Below, one piece after another: positions 1 through 11,041 of a stretch of 64,000 nucleotides of DNA (within the stretch, counting starts at the first letter, position 1; each line of letters begins with the position of its first letter). The position numbers and the translations under genes are program-made. The DNA comes from Candidatus Bathyarchaeota archaeon (GTDB lineage Archaea; Thermoproteota; Bathyarchaeia; Bathyarchaeales; Bathycorpusculaceae): positions 1-64,000 of the forward strand of contig CAVRFW010000006.1 of NCBI GenBank assembly GCA_963720565.1, in the 5' to 3' direction. The notes under the pieces are model-generated. The model saw only the letters and a list, made by a program, of their open reading frames with translations, had not been told where the DNA came from and did not search any database.

Positions 1-487
1 CGCTATCGGTCTTGAGGCGTATTTAGTCTTGGAAGTTGGTGACTTCCGATTTTCCGCACCCAAGCCAGGGTGCGGTAGTCTGGGACTCCAGCTCAACTCT
101 TTCTGGCGTGTATTTACGGGGCTGTCACCCTCTATGGCGGGCCATTTCAGGCCACTTCAGCTTAACCAGCGAAGAGGAAGCCGGGCCCTTAACCCTACAT
201 CTCCCGTAAGTTTCCTTACGGGATTCGGTTTGGACTATTCCCATTTCGCTCGCTGCTACTAAGGGAATCCCGTTTTGGTTTCTTTTCCTCCCCCTACTAA
301 GATGCTTCCGTTCGGGGGGTTCCCGCTCCGTGAAGGAGCACTGTGACTCCGAAGAGTCACCGTGGGAAGTCCCATTGAGGCATCCCCGGTTCTAAGGCTG
401 CATGCGCCTACCCGGGGCGGTTTCGCGGCTTGCCGCGCCCTTCTTCGGCTCTCAAGCCGAGCCATTCTCCAGACGGCGTTGGCGTAG
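1..487 (-). rRNA. rrl: 23S rRNA, 5' portion (runs off window start)
   Basis: Reverse complement reads GCCGTCTGGAGAATGGCTCGGCTTGAGAGCCGAAGAAGGGCGCGGCAAGC...GAACGGAAGCATCTTAGTAGGGGGAGGAAAAGAAACCAAAACGGGATTCCCTTAGTAGCAGCGAGCGAAATGGGAA, i.e. archaeal LSU rRNA domain I; 5' boundary approximate. Confidence 0.96.
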
Positions 488-791
488 TCGGGCCGTTATG
501 GTAGTATCTGTTTGGCGTTTGGTGTAAACCTTTTTTGTTGATGCGCGTCTTTGTTTGCCTATGCATGGTGTCATTATGAGCAGCCAAATGCGCTTCGGCG
601 CTCAATTCACCCTTCACCCTGCATCATCTCTGGTGCAGAGTTGCATCTATTTTGATGACGTATTCTATATTGCTGAATTGTCTTAGAAGCGATTCTCGCT
701 AATATAAGTGTTGTGTACTGCGGTATAAGGGTTTTGAATGCGGTTTTTGCGTGGTGAAAGTATTTATTTGTTGTTTGAAAAGGTAGTGTGT

Positions 792-865
792 GCCTCGATA
801 GCTCAGCCCGGTAGAGCGGCTGCCTTGTAAGCAGCAGGCCGCGGGATCAAGGCCCGCTCGAGGCT
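792..865 (+). tRNA. tRNA-Thr(UGU)
   Basis: Cloverleaf GCCTCGA/TCGAGGC acceptor, anticodon arm GCTGC-CTTGTAA-GCAGC; T-loop ATCAAGG; no encoded CCA. Confidence 0.95.
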
Positions 866-960
866 CTCCCAAAAACATACAATTATCAATTTTGTTTGCT
901 TTTCACCGGCGGTTATTCTGGTTTGCAGCTATTGCTTTCCAGTGAAAATCACGGGAGTAA

Positions 961-1206
961 TTAATCCTCTGGCGCGTCTATCTCTTCCGAGTCTTCTTCG
1001 GATTTCTTGCTAACCTTGCCTGAGTCTAAGAGTTTGTATTTCCGTGCTTTTGTATCGAGCATTTCATTTTCAAAGAGTTTGCGTAGGGATTTGAAGACCT
1101 TCTTGGAGGGGTGCCCTGTTTTTTCGGTTAGCTCTTGAAGTGTCAGTTCTTTTTCTGCTTTCAGAGCAGCTATAACTTGCTCGTCAACTTTGTTCAGCTT
1201 GACCAT
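961..1206 (-). CDS. Small winged-helix (HTH) DNA-binding protein
   Basis: MVKLNKVDEQVIAALKAEKELTLQELTEKTGHPSKKVFKSLRKLFENEML is a wHTH pattern, followed by an acidic tail; start moved to internal ATG at 1206. Confidence 0.75.
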   Translation of the reverse strand: MVKLNKVDEQVIAALKAEKELTLQELTEKTGHPSKKVFKSLRKLFENEMLDTKARKYKLLDSGKVSKKSEEDSEEIDAPED

Positions 1207-1489
1207 GCGATCATAGCCTCTTGTGATTTGAGTGTATTGCGTATGCCTAGCTTTTTCAATCTTGCGGTGAGACAAAAGAAAATAGACCTTAAACACCTTA
1301 GAAACACAACATTGGTGTTTCGTAATTATCTGTGATGTTTCTGGTTGGTATAACCTACAAACGGAAAAAACCATAAGTGTGTCTGAAGACCGAAAGCGAG
1401 AGGCAGGCGCTGAGAAAAAACCGAATCAACCAACCCCAAACAACTAGGTTAAAAGGTAAAAAGAAGCAACATTATTTTAGGACGCGAAA

Positions 1490-2059
1490 ATGTCACGTGA
1501 ATTTATCCTGTTCTCACGTCAAGGTAGATCAGATTCATCTTTCAGCAATCTTCATGATGCAGGACGTTTAGATATCGTGCATGAATGCATTGTTGCTGGT
1601 CTTTTCCTATCGCATGGGATACGCAAGAACACAATAATCCATGCAGTGCTAAATGGACCCCCAAATCCACCACTGCATATCGAAATCAACGGCGACAGAC
1701 TATTCAATGTCCGTACAGACATAGACACATGGCAAACCATCCTTAGGAAAGTGCTTGCAGGGAAGCAACACCCAGGCATAAAAACTAATAGAACCAGTTT
1801 TGAATCACTTCTGAAGACCAAGGCGGAAACTTCAAGTGTATACATCCTCGAAGAGGGAGGAAAAGATGTCGCACAAGCAGAATTCGCTAAAAATCCTGTG
1901 TTTGTTCTTGGTGACCATATTGGTTTACCAAAAAAAACCGAGGTTTACGCATTAAGGTATGGAGAAAAAATCAGTTTAGGAAGACAACCCTACCTCGCGG
2001 CGTCATGCATAACCGTTCTGAATTATCTGATGGATCGCCAAGTCAAATCCGGGTCTTGA
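1490..2059 (+). CDS. trmY: tRNA (pseudouridine54-N1)-methyltransferase, SPOUT family
   Basis: AGRLDIV..C...LFLSHGIRK and FVLGDHIG motifs. Confidence 0.92.
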   Translation: MSREFILFSRQGRSDSSFSNLHDAGRLDIVHECIVAGLFLSHGIRKNTIIHAVLNGPPNPPLHIEINGDRLFNVRTDIDTWQTILRKVLAGKQHPGIKTNRTSFESLLKTKAETSSVYILEEGGKDVAQAEFAKNPVFVLGDHIGLPKKTEVYALRYGEKISLGRQPYLAASCITVLNYLMDRQVKSGS

Positions 2060-3071
2060 AATGCTCCCAGCCCAAAGATTGAACTACCTGTCTCTTTCCA
2101 TTCACAATCATCAGTATTTGCTTGTCGCGTGTGGCTTTCCCAATGGGCAGGAGACAACCACCTGCAGATTCAACGGCCTTCTCCGCAGTAGCCCATAGTT
2201 TCGGTTTAACAGTAACCACAAGCTCGTATTCCTCACCTCCGTACAATGCGAGTTCCAACGCATCCAGCCCGTTAAATTCGGCGAATCTGCGAACCTCATC
2301 TGCAACGGGTACGCTGGTTACCAAAAAGCCGACACTGCTCATACGGGCAAGTTCATGCAGGCTCCAAGCTAATCCATCACTGGAATCAATACAAGATGAA
2401 ACACTCTCAGAACTGCATAGCGCCAAACCTTCTCGAAGTCTAGCTCGGGGCATGCAAACAGAGTTCAAAAACACTTCACGCAAATCATGAGATGTTGCAC
2501 AACCATCAAGAAGCAACCGCAAACCGGCTGACGATTTACCGAAAAAACCTGTCACCGCTAATATGTCTCCAGGTTTTGCACCGCTACGCAACATGAGCGA
2601 CTCTCTTTGGGCGGTGCCGAAAAGCATAACAGCTATGACTAGATCCGAAGACTCACTAGTATCGCCTCCAATGATGTAGGCACCGTATTCTTTTGCACCA
2701 GCGTTTAATCCACGTGCGATTTCCTCAATATCCTTCCGCATAGTATTCTTCGTTAAACCAAGAGAGATTAATGCAGCTATAGGCTTAACGCCCTTGGCTG
2801 CGAAGTCACTGACGGTCATAACAACGGATTTGCGCGCTGCCTGCCATAAACTCATGCTTCTGGGCACATCGGTCTTGCCCACGAGCATATCAGTTTTCAA
2901 AACTGCGATTCTTTCGTCGCCGATGCTGACAGCGGAGACATCATCTCCAAAAGGTACTGGGATTTCAGGCATGGGGTCGAAGTGAGCCCGCATGATTTCT
3001 ATTATTTTCCGTTCGCCTAACCCTATACTTGTGTCAAATTGACGGTTTTTTTCAATTTTCTTCTCGCGCAT
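2043..3071 (-). CDS. thiL: Thiamine-monophosphate kinase
   Basis: GDD, KTD, SDFAAKG, GGDT, IDSSDGL, GGEEYEL, GWEHF motifs. Confidence 0.95.
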   Translation of the reverse strand: MREKKIEKNRQFDTSIGLGERKIIEIMRAHFDPMPEIPVPFGDDVSAVSIGDERIAVLKTDMLVGKTDVPRSMSLWQAARKSVVMTVSDFAAKGVKPIAALISLGLTKNTMRKDIEEIARGLNAGAKEYGAYIIGGDTSESSDLVIAVMLFGTAQRESLMLRSGAKPGDILAVTGFFGKSSAGLRLLLDGCATSHDLREVFLNSVCMPRARLREGLALCSSESVSSCIDSSDGLAWSLHELARMSSVGFLVTSVPVADEVRRFAEFNGLDALELALYGGEEYELVVTVKPKLWATAEKAVESAGGCLLPIGKATRDKQILMIVNGKRQVVQSLGWEHFKTRI

Positions 3072-3217
3072 TCGACGAGTCTCCAGGTTGAAAAAATAAT
3101 GCGAATTGGTGTTGATTAATTCTAGCGGGGTTTTGCCTTTTAAGATTGGTGCTCGGGTTGCTTGAACTCCGAAGATTTAAGAATGCGGGCACATCACTGA
3201 TTTAGCGATTGCAGCAA

Positions 3218-3291
3218 GCCTCGATAGCTCAGCCCGGTAGAGCGGCTGCCTCGTAAGCAGCAGGCCGCGGGATCAAGGCCCGCTCGAGGCT
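3218..3291 (+). tRNA. tRNA-Thr(CGU)
   Basis: Identical to 792-865 except wobble base (loop CTCGTAA). Confidence 0.95.
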
Positions 3292-3430
3292 CCTTCTCAT
3301 ATGAAAGTATGTTGGATGCTCAAAATAGCTGCTATTCAGATAAGACGGTTACTTGTTTGGAGTTTGTAGTTGTGTTGTGCGCTTAGCTAGAAATCTTTAT
3401 TAAATATCAATATTACCGATTCCAGTAGAC

Positions 3431-3790
3431 GTGCTTTGCGAAGGTGAAAGATTGAAGATTTTCCATTCGCATGGGCACGAGGAAAAACTTCGGTGTCCGT
3501 ACAAGGGTTGCGAGAAAAAATTCGACAAACCAGCTGTGCTTACGGATGCATCCTTGGTTCCAAGACAGTCCTTTTTCGCTTGCCCCCACTGCATGTCCAA
3601 ACTTGACATTACAACGGAGAACATGCGCATAATCGGAATCAAAGCAACCGAATACCCGAAAGTCTTCGAATCACCAGCAAAATGCGCACATTTCTCAGGA
3701 GGATTCCTACGCGCTCTACCCGAAAACACACCACTACCAGAAGAATGCCTAATCTGTCCGAAAGTACTTCAATGCAACATTCGAAAATAA
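3431..3790 (+). CDS. Cys-rich putative zinc-binding protein
   Basis: CPYKGC, CPHC, CAH, CLICPKVLQC motifs; start uncertain. Confidence 0.7.
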   Translation: MLCEGERLKIFHSHGHEEKLRCPYKGCEKKFDKPAVLTDASLVPRQSFFACPHCMSKLDITTENMRIIGIKATEYPKVFESPAKCAHFSGGFLRALPENTPLPEECLICPKVLQCNIRK

Positions 3791-3963
3791 CAAGACGTTA
3801 AATCCAAAAGAACAAACTGCGGTCACCACAGGTAAGCAACCAAACCTAAGGCAAGAAGGAGAAAGCAGGGTTGTAACGAGAGGTTTTTTTTAGCTAAGGT
3901 TTTTATGGCGCATACGAAATTATCTTTCTCTGCCACTCGTTTCAGGCAAAAGGTTAGTTGCAC

Positions 3964-4041
3964 GGGGCTGTCGGCTAGTTTGGTCCAGGCTTGTAGACTT
4001 GGGCTCTATAGACCCCGGTTCAAATCCGGGCAGCCCCACCA
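3964..4041 (+). tRNA. tRNA-Pro(UGG)
   Basis: GGGGCTG/CAGCCCC acceptor, anticodon loop CTTGGGC, GGTTCAAATCC T-arm, encoded CCA. Confidence 0.96.
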
Positions 4042-4229
4042 TTTTCACACACACTCTTAACGACAAAAAAATGGTTCACATCAGAGCTGGACGCACCAAA
4101 GTATACACACACTTCAAGAACGAACACAAACTACAACAAACGCATCAAAAAGTATATCACACGTTTTGTCGATAGCAAGTCTAATATCCTGTTTTCGAAG
4201 CAATAACTGAAATGGGGGGAGCCGACTGG

Positions 4230-5586
4230 TTCTGAATTCAAACTTATCAGGGCATTAACCAAGATTCAGTCGGCGGCCATAATCGCGGTGATCGTTGTTG
4301 CAGCCGTATGGCGGAGGTGTAGCCTACGTTCTATGGAGCGGAACGCCAGCCATCCGCGGAAAACATCAGGATAGGCGTCTGCTGCGACCTGGACGCTGTG
4401 TACGGGAAAATGCAATTTGAGGGGAGCGGCATTGGCAGCAGAACAAATCAACGCACAAGGCGGAATCCTAGAACGAAACCTCACGATAGTTGCCGAAGAC
4501 GACGACTAGCGAGAACACCGCCAGGAGACATTGCAGCGGCCACAAATGCCCTGACGAAGCTGATAACCGTTGACAAAGCAGACTACATCATATCACCGGT
4601 CGCATACTTGGGTGCAAACCTATCAGGACATCTGCGCCGAACACAAAACAAAACTTGCTCTCTGTAGGTTCACTCAGTGATAGCGACACGCAGCGGGTCC
4701 TGGACAACTATGACAAATACAAGTACTTCTTCAGAGTCTGGCAACAAATGTCATCGTCAGCAATTGACGGTCAATGTGACTCTTTGCGAACCCTGGGAAA
4801 CTACACCGGACTTCAACAAAGTCGCCTGCTAGTTGAAGACTTTCCGTTTTGCAAATCAGATTGCAGAAGGAGTCAAACAAAGTGCTGCTCGATTACGGTT
4901 TTGACGTGGTTTACTATCAAAAGTTTCCACCGGCGGACTGCTGATTTCGCAAGCTACTTCTCTGCGATAGAAGCCCAGGCGCACAAATACTTAGTCCCGT
5001 TATCTATGGACCCAATCATGCTATTCTTTGGTAAAGGAGTACTCGGAACGCCAATCGCCCTTTGTTCATTTGGGGCGCCAATTATCTCTGGCTTCTGAGA
5101 GCTGATTTCTGGGGGCTAACTGAAGGAAAGTGTGAAATGTATCGTTTGTGGGGCTACCTACTACCGCAGGGTATCCGTTTACAAACGAGATAGTTGCCCA
5201 CTAGAGAAGCGTACCTGCAACGGTGGGGAGACGTGCCTGACTCAGTGGAGCAACTACTGCCTATGATTCGGTGCGGTTCATTTTGCCCGATGCCATAAAG
5301 CGGGCGGGAACAACGGAGACCGAAGCGGTAATAAAAGCTTTGGAGACGACAGATGTTGAGACTTCAATCGGCGACGTCGCTTCGTGTTCACCTCTTCACA
5401 CGACGGTTATGATCGGATCAGCTGGACCGAATATACCCAGCGCGGACTACATGTTGGTTTGCCTGTTCCAGTGGCAAGAACGGCACGCAAGTTCCAGTGT
5501 ATCCCAGGCAGATGATGGACGAGGCAGGGGCAACCTACAAGTATCCGCCTTGGCAAGGCCCATGGAGCAACACGCAAACTCCCTAA
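4230..5586 (+). pseudogene. Branched-chain amino acid type (LivJ/LivK-like) ABC substrate-binding protein, multiply frameshifted
   Basis: Fragments in changing frames: RALTKIQSAAIIAVIVVAAV (signal), LAAEQINAQGGIL, LITVDKADYII, NYDKYKYFFRV, DAIKRAGTTETEAVIKALE, LFQWQ; true decay versus assembly error unresolved; start approximate. Confidence 0.8.
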
Positions 5587-5698
5587 GTGCGCATGACGGC
5601 TAAGGAATAGATGAAAAACCTTTTCAGCGCATATTCCCATACGTAACCATGATGGAAGAAAGACATCACCAGTTGTTTCCGCTTTGAAAAAGCGGGTC

Positions 5699-8600
5699 AT
5701 GGAGTTAGAATTGAAATCGATGTGTTGGCTGAGCCAGTTCTGGTTGGCAGAGAACGTGAACTTGAAGAGTTAGAATCACTCCTGAATTCGGCAGTTGAAG
5801 GAAAAGGAACAACCGTTTTCGTCTCAGGCGAGGCAGGCAGCGGAAAAACACAGACTCACCCGCGAATTTCTTAACGCCGCCAAGAAAAAAGGTGCAATAC
5901 GTGATGGCTGGCTGGTGCCTCAGCGACGCTGCCATCCCATACTTCCCATTTGTTGAAGCCTTAAACACTTACTTTGCCTCCTTCGACGAAGAAACCACAA
6001 GCCCACAGCAGCCTGGAGCATCACTTGGTCCGGCAGGAACCATGCAGAGGGTAGGCGAAGAACACGGGATAACAGCATGGCTAACTGGACCGAGACCAAC
6101 AGACAAACTTGGAAAGCTAGAAACGCTTTCGCCCCAAGTCTGGAAAGACCAGGTTTTCGCAGGCATCGCTAAAACACTGCATTCAATATCCACCCACGAA
6201 CCCATTATCCTGTTCATTGAGGACGTTCATTGGGCAGATTCCGCCTCGCTCGCGCTACTGCACTACCTTGCACGAGCCGTAAACAATTCTGAGAGGATTC
6301 TGGTTTTAGCGACTTTTCGAAGCGAGGAACTCACAGCAGACGCTGAAGGCCATCCACACCCTTTAGCTGAAGCACTGCGAATGATGAGACGCGAAGATCT
6401 TTTTACGGAAATCAAACTTTCCAGCCTCAGCCAAAGCAACATTTCAAAGATAGCTGAGAACATGATTGGCGGAACCCTCGAGCCAACATTCGCGGAGAAA
6501 CTTGACATCTGAAAGCAAAGGCAACCCGCTATTCGTCGTGGAATCATTGCGAATGCTGCATGAACGCAGAAGCCTCATTCAAGAAGACAACGAGTGGCGC
6601 CTCGCGTCGGACGAACTCGGAATCCCGACAAAAATCAAAGACATCATCTTGCGGAGGCTAGCTGTGCTTAAGTACGCGCAAAGAAGAGTGCTTGATGCCG
6701 CTTCGGTAATTGGTGAGAAATTCGACGTGGAACTCCTGAGCACCGTACTGGGACTTGACAGTCTGGAGGTTCTTGAAACGCTGAACATCATTGCACATTC
6801 CACGTCGCTAGTTTGCGTTGAAGGGAACTTTTACAGGTTTGACCATGCAAGGTCCAGAGAAACCCTCTACGAGGAGCTTTCGCCACCCCTGAAAAGAGGA
6901 TACCACGCTCGAATCGCTGAAAGACTGGAAACCACCAAAGCATGCCACGCTGCCTCTAAGCGACTTAGCTTATCATTTTGCTCAAGCAGGGAACAAAGAA
7001 AAAGCCCTCAAGTATGCTTTCGCCGCAGCGAAAGACGAATTCGCAAGGTTCAGCAACCCACAAGCCATTAAACACTTCGCCTACGTACTCCAAAACATCC
7101 CAGAGGATCCTGCGCATTCCGAAGAGAGAAGAACCGCGATGGAAGGGCTGGGGGACGCCTACGCTGCCAACTCCATGTACACGGAAGCGATAAAGACGTT
7201 TGGAGAACTTGCCGCATCTGACACGGGCACTGTGCGGCTGCGAGCCCTACGAAAAGCCATGGATGCTGCTTTCCTAAAGGGCGACAGACCTGAAGTCTTG
7301 CTTAATTACGCGAGGAAAGCTGAAGAGTTGGCTGACTTGCGATCGCCTTGAGATGGCAAGAGTAATCGACAACAGAGGAAGAGCCTTTGGTTTTGCGGGT
7401 CGGGGAGACTTGAAGATGGACCTTGCAGACTACCAACGCAGCACTGCAAATTTTCGAAGAAGAGAACTCCCTCGCAGACGCTAGCTGACGCACTGTGGAG
7501 AAGCGGTATCGTATGCACCTTGTTTGAAGACCTTGCCACTCAAAGGATTGGCAGAACTTGCGCGTTCAGTTGCCATTTTTAGGGAACTTGGCGATGTCCG
7601 CAGAGAGGTGGAAGCTACCCTTCACTTGGGTATGGGATTCCGGAATCGTGGTCTTTTCTCAGAGTCGTTCGCCGAGTTTTCCAAGGTCCTCAAGCTTGGG
7701 GAGAAAATGGGTTGCTTCAGCGAAATGGCTCAGGCAAGCTCAAACCTAGCGATTTTCCCGAGTCCCAAGGCAAGATTGATGAAGCAATCTCCCTTCAGCT
7801 AAGAAGCGTTAGACTATTGGAGGAAAACCGATTTGGAATGGTTAGGGAGCAGTATCTGCGGTAGCCTCATCACACTCTACGTGAGACTTGGAGACATTAA
7901 GAAAGCAGAAGAATACGATGAGAAGCTTTCTAAAATGAGTCCCGAAGGCGTCAAAAATGCAAATGCTGTGTTTCCTATCGTCATTAGGCGAAGCTACTCT
8001 TTCAGCCGCCAAGAATCAATGGAAAATCGAAATCTCAGATGTGACCAAAAAAATTCCCTTAACAATCAATGAGTTGCCCATTGCAGAATTAGTTCTAAAG
8101 ATGTGGTACGGTTGGCTTCTTCAAAAACAGGGAAGAATTGAGGAAGCTAACATTCAACTTGCTGAAGCAGTGAAGATCGCGAAGCAGGCTGAGCAAGAGT
8201 TCCTTCATGTAACGTGCAAGGGAATCTGATGATGCCGAGAAAAAGTCAAGTCGGAGAAGAGGTCGAAATACGACTCGATCTGGTTAACGTTGCGAAAACT
8301 CCAGCTTCACTAACCCGAATAGAAGGCTTGATCCCACAAGAATGCGACGTGATCAGCCTTCCATCTTTCTGCAGCCTGCGGAATGGCATAGTTGACTTAA
8401 ACGGCAAAACCGTCAACCCATTCACTGTCGAAACCATCAAGCTGAAGCTGAAGGCAACCAAAGCAGGCACGTTCACCCTCAACCCCAGCATCACCTATGC
8501 TGACGACCAAGGAAAAATAGAAACAGGCCAACTCGCACAAATAACCGTAACGCTGCAAACTCCCGAGCCTGCTTTTGAGGTGCAACCTGGCAGAATTGCA

Positions 8601-9259
8601 ACGGGCTACGCGGACTTGGACAACTTGCTCTTCGGCGGCATACCAGAAAACTACGCGGTAGCGCTGACATCGCCTTCAACCGACGAAAGAGAACAGCTCA
8701 TAAGACGCTTCCTTGAAGCAGGAGCCACGGCAGGCGAAACAACCTTCCACATCACAGCAGAAGCCGCAAACACAAAGGCTCTAGCCGAAAAATACCCTTC
8801 AAACTTCTACCTTTTCGTCTGCAACCCCCAAGCCGACACCATGATCCAGAACGCACCCAACGTTTTCAAGCTTAAAGGCGTAGAAAACCTGACAGACATA
8901 GACATCGCCTTAACCAAAGCTTTCCGAACACTCAACCCGTCAGCGACAGGTCCAAAGAGAATCTGCATCGAAATAGTCTCAGACGTCCTGCTGCAGCACC
9001 ACACCGTCAACACTAGAAGATGGCTAAGCGCGCTTCTGCCAACTTTGAAGTCAAAAGGCTTCACCATCCTTGCGGTTATTGATCCGCAGATGCATCCGCC
9101 TGAAGAGCTACAGGCTATCGTTGGCATTTTTGACGGAGAAATACGAGTCACCGAGAAAGAAACACCGAAGGCATCAGGCAGACGTTGAGAATCCGAAAAC
9201 TGTTTAACCAGAAGTACCTGGACAAAGAGATAGTTCTCGCCAAGGAAAAGCTGTCTTAG
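5699..9259 (+). pseudogene. Large STAND-like (AAA_16) NTPase - TPR - Ig-like - degenerate KaiC/RecA-like protein, multiply frameshifted
   Basis: LVGRERE, Walker A GEAGSGKT (~5827-5850), Walker B ILFIEDVHWAD, SKGNPLFVVE, RFDHAR, helical repeats, beta-rich domain, then IATGYADLDNLLFGGIP and FDGEI; spread over many ORF fragments. Confidence 0.8.
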
Positions 9260-9631
9260 CGTACTTTTTCGATTTTCTGATTTGACCGTTATTCTGTTCA
9301 GAGCCCCAGCAAACCGTATCGTTTTTTCAAAATAACGTTAAGACAATTTGAACTTTGGAATTTTTTTACTATATATAATAATAAAGAATTTCTGGAGTTA
9401 TCTTTGAATACAGATCAAAGGTATGGACCTTAGGTTATGTGCCTGACATTGGCGAAGCTAGTTCCCTCATGGTAAAGTAGCTAAGGACTTTGTGTAGAAA
9501 CACCCAGATAATTATTTGAGGTTAAACAAGAGCAAAACAGGCAAGATTCCCCGGATGACAGCAATATTCCCAGTAAACGCTAAATAGTGCCAGATACATT
9601 TTCGGTTGATGTTTAAGCGTAGGCGAACAAA

Positions 9632-10972
9632 ATGGAAGATTTCACAGACCTCGTCCTCAAACTGGTAGAAGCAAGTCGAAACCATGAACAATATCGAGAT
9701 GTGGAATGCATAAACCTCATAGCAAGTGAAGGACTCAAGTCTCCAGCTGTCAAGCAGATGCTCAACTTCTCAGCAGACTTGGAAGGCAGATATGCTGAGG
9801 GGGAAAATGACCTTGAGGGACACGTTATGAAACGGTACTATCAAGGCCAAAAGTACATGTCCCTAATCGAGAACTATGCCACAGATCTCATGAAGAAACT
9901 TTTCAACTGCACGTGGAGTGATTTACGCCTAGTCTCTGGCACACACGCGAACCTATCTACGTTTAAGGGTCTTTCGACAGCTTCCAAAAACCACAAGATG
10001 GTTGTCACACCTCTCAGTTGCGGCGCGCACATCTCCCACGACTACGCGGGTTTAGCCGGTTCAGTTTTGGGTTTGGAGAACATAAATCACGTTTATGACT
10101 TGGAAGAATTCAACATAGATCCAGACAAGTCCGCTCATGTTATTCGCGCGGCTAAACCAGGCATAGTAACCTTTGGCGGAAGCCTATTCCTTTTTCCGCA
10201 CCCGGTTAAGGAGCTAAAGGCCGTATGCGATGAGGTCGGTGCTTTCGTAGCTTATGATGCTTCACATGTTCTAGGATTAATCGCTGGGGGGGCATTCCAA
10301 GATCCGCTTGGTGAAGGCGCGGACTTCATTACTTCTTCCACCCATAAGACCTTCCCTGGTCCACAAGGCGGTGTGATTCTCGGAAACGTCAAGAACCAGC
10401 GCTTGGAAAAAGCCACAAAGGCGATTCAATTTGCAATTTTTCCCTTGAGCGCGTCTAATACGCATCTGGGCAGGTTGCCGGCAATAGGAATAGCCGCGTT
10501 GGAGATGAAACTCTTCGGCGCCGAACTAGCCAGTCAAACTGTGAAGAACGCACAAACTGCTGGACAGTACCTCTGCGAGAACGGCGTCAAAGTCGTTTGC
10601 GCCAACAAAGGATTCACGAGATCGCATCAGATAGCTGTTGACGTCTCTGATTTCGGGGGAGGCAAGAAAATAGCTCAAGAGCTTGAAGACGCCCATATAA
10701 TTCTAAACAAGAATCTGTTGCCATACAACAACCAGAATGACCGCGACAACCCCTCTGGCTTGAGGATAGGATTCCAGGATATAACAAGACGCGGCTTCAG
10801 AGAGGGCGACGTAAAACATCTATGCGATTTGATGCTCGACATTATTAAAGGCAAACGCAAACCTTCCGAAACAAAAGAAGACGTCATAGCTCTGAAGAAA
10901 GAATTCAACCAAGTTAAATACGGGTTCCAAAACGTAGAAGAAGCAATAAGCTACATTGAGAAAAACCAATGA
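9632..10972 (+). CDS. glyA: Serine hydroxymethyltransferase
   Basis: INLIASE, RYAEG, RYYQG, YDASH, SSTHKTFPGPQGG (PLP lysine), SGLRIG. Confidence 0.97.
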   Translation: MEDFTDLVLKLVEASRNHEQYRDVECINLIASEGLKSPAVKQMLNFSADLEGRYAEGENDLEGHVMKRYYQGQKYMSLIENYATDLMKKLFNCTWSDLRLVSGTHANLSTFKGLSTASKNHKMVVTPLSCGAHISHDYAGLAGSVLGLENINHVYDLEEFNIDPDKSAHVIRAAKPGIVTFGGSLFLFPHPVKELKAVCDEVGAFVAYDASHVLGLIAGGAFQDPLGEGADFITSSTHKTFPGPQGGVILGNVKNQRLEKATKAIQFAIFPLSASNTHLGRLPAIGIAALEMKLFGAELASQTVKNAQTAGQYLCENGVKVVCANKGFTRSHQIAVDVSDFGGGKKIAQELEDAHIILNKNLLPYNNQNDRDNPSGLRIGFQDITRRGFREGDVKHLCDLMLDIIKGKRKPSETKEDVIALKKEFNQVKYGFQNVEEAISYIEKNQ

Positions 10973-11041
10973 GCCACATTAGGCAGTCGAATTAAGGCAA
11001 TCTGCAAGAACACTATTTGGACAAGAGTGGTTGTGTGTAAC

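Noticed and set aside
29..617. Three ORFs at the window start
   Set aside because: They overlap the 23S rRNA and its leader; spurious
4091..4162. Imperfect direct repeat ACGCA(C/T)CAAA..GTATA..CACAC
   Set aside because: Only two degenerate copies in low-complexity, error-prone sequence; not CRISPR-like
9296..9312. GTTCAGAGCCCCAGCA as a degenerate att copy of the tRNA-Pro 3' end
   Set aside because: Match too short and imperfect; no integrase
9436..9570. ZTP, glycine or THF riboswitch upstream of glyA
   Set aside because: TGACATTGGCGAA only loosely recalls the ZTP motif; the downstream GCCTGGGC element and glycine/THF consensus are absent
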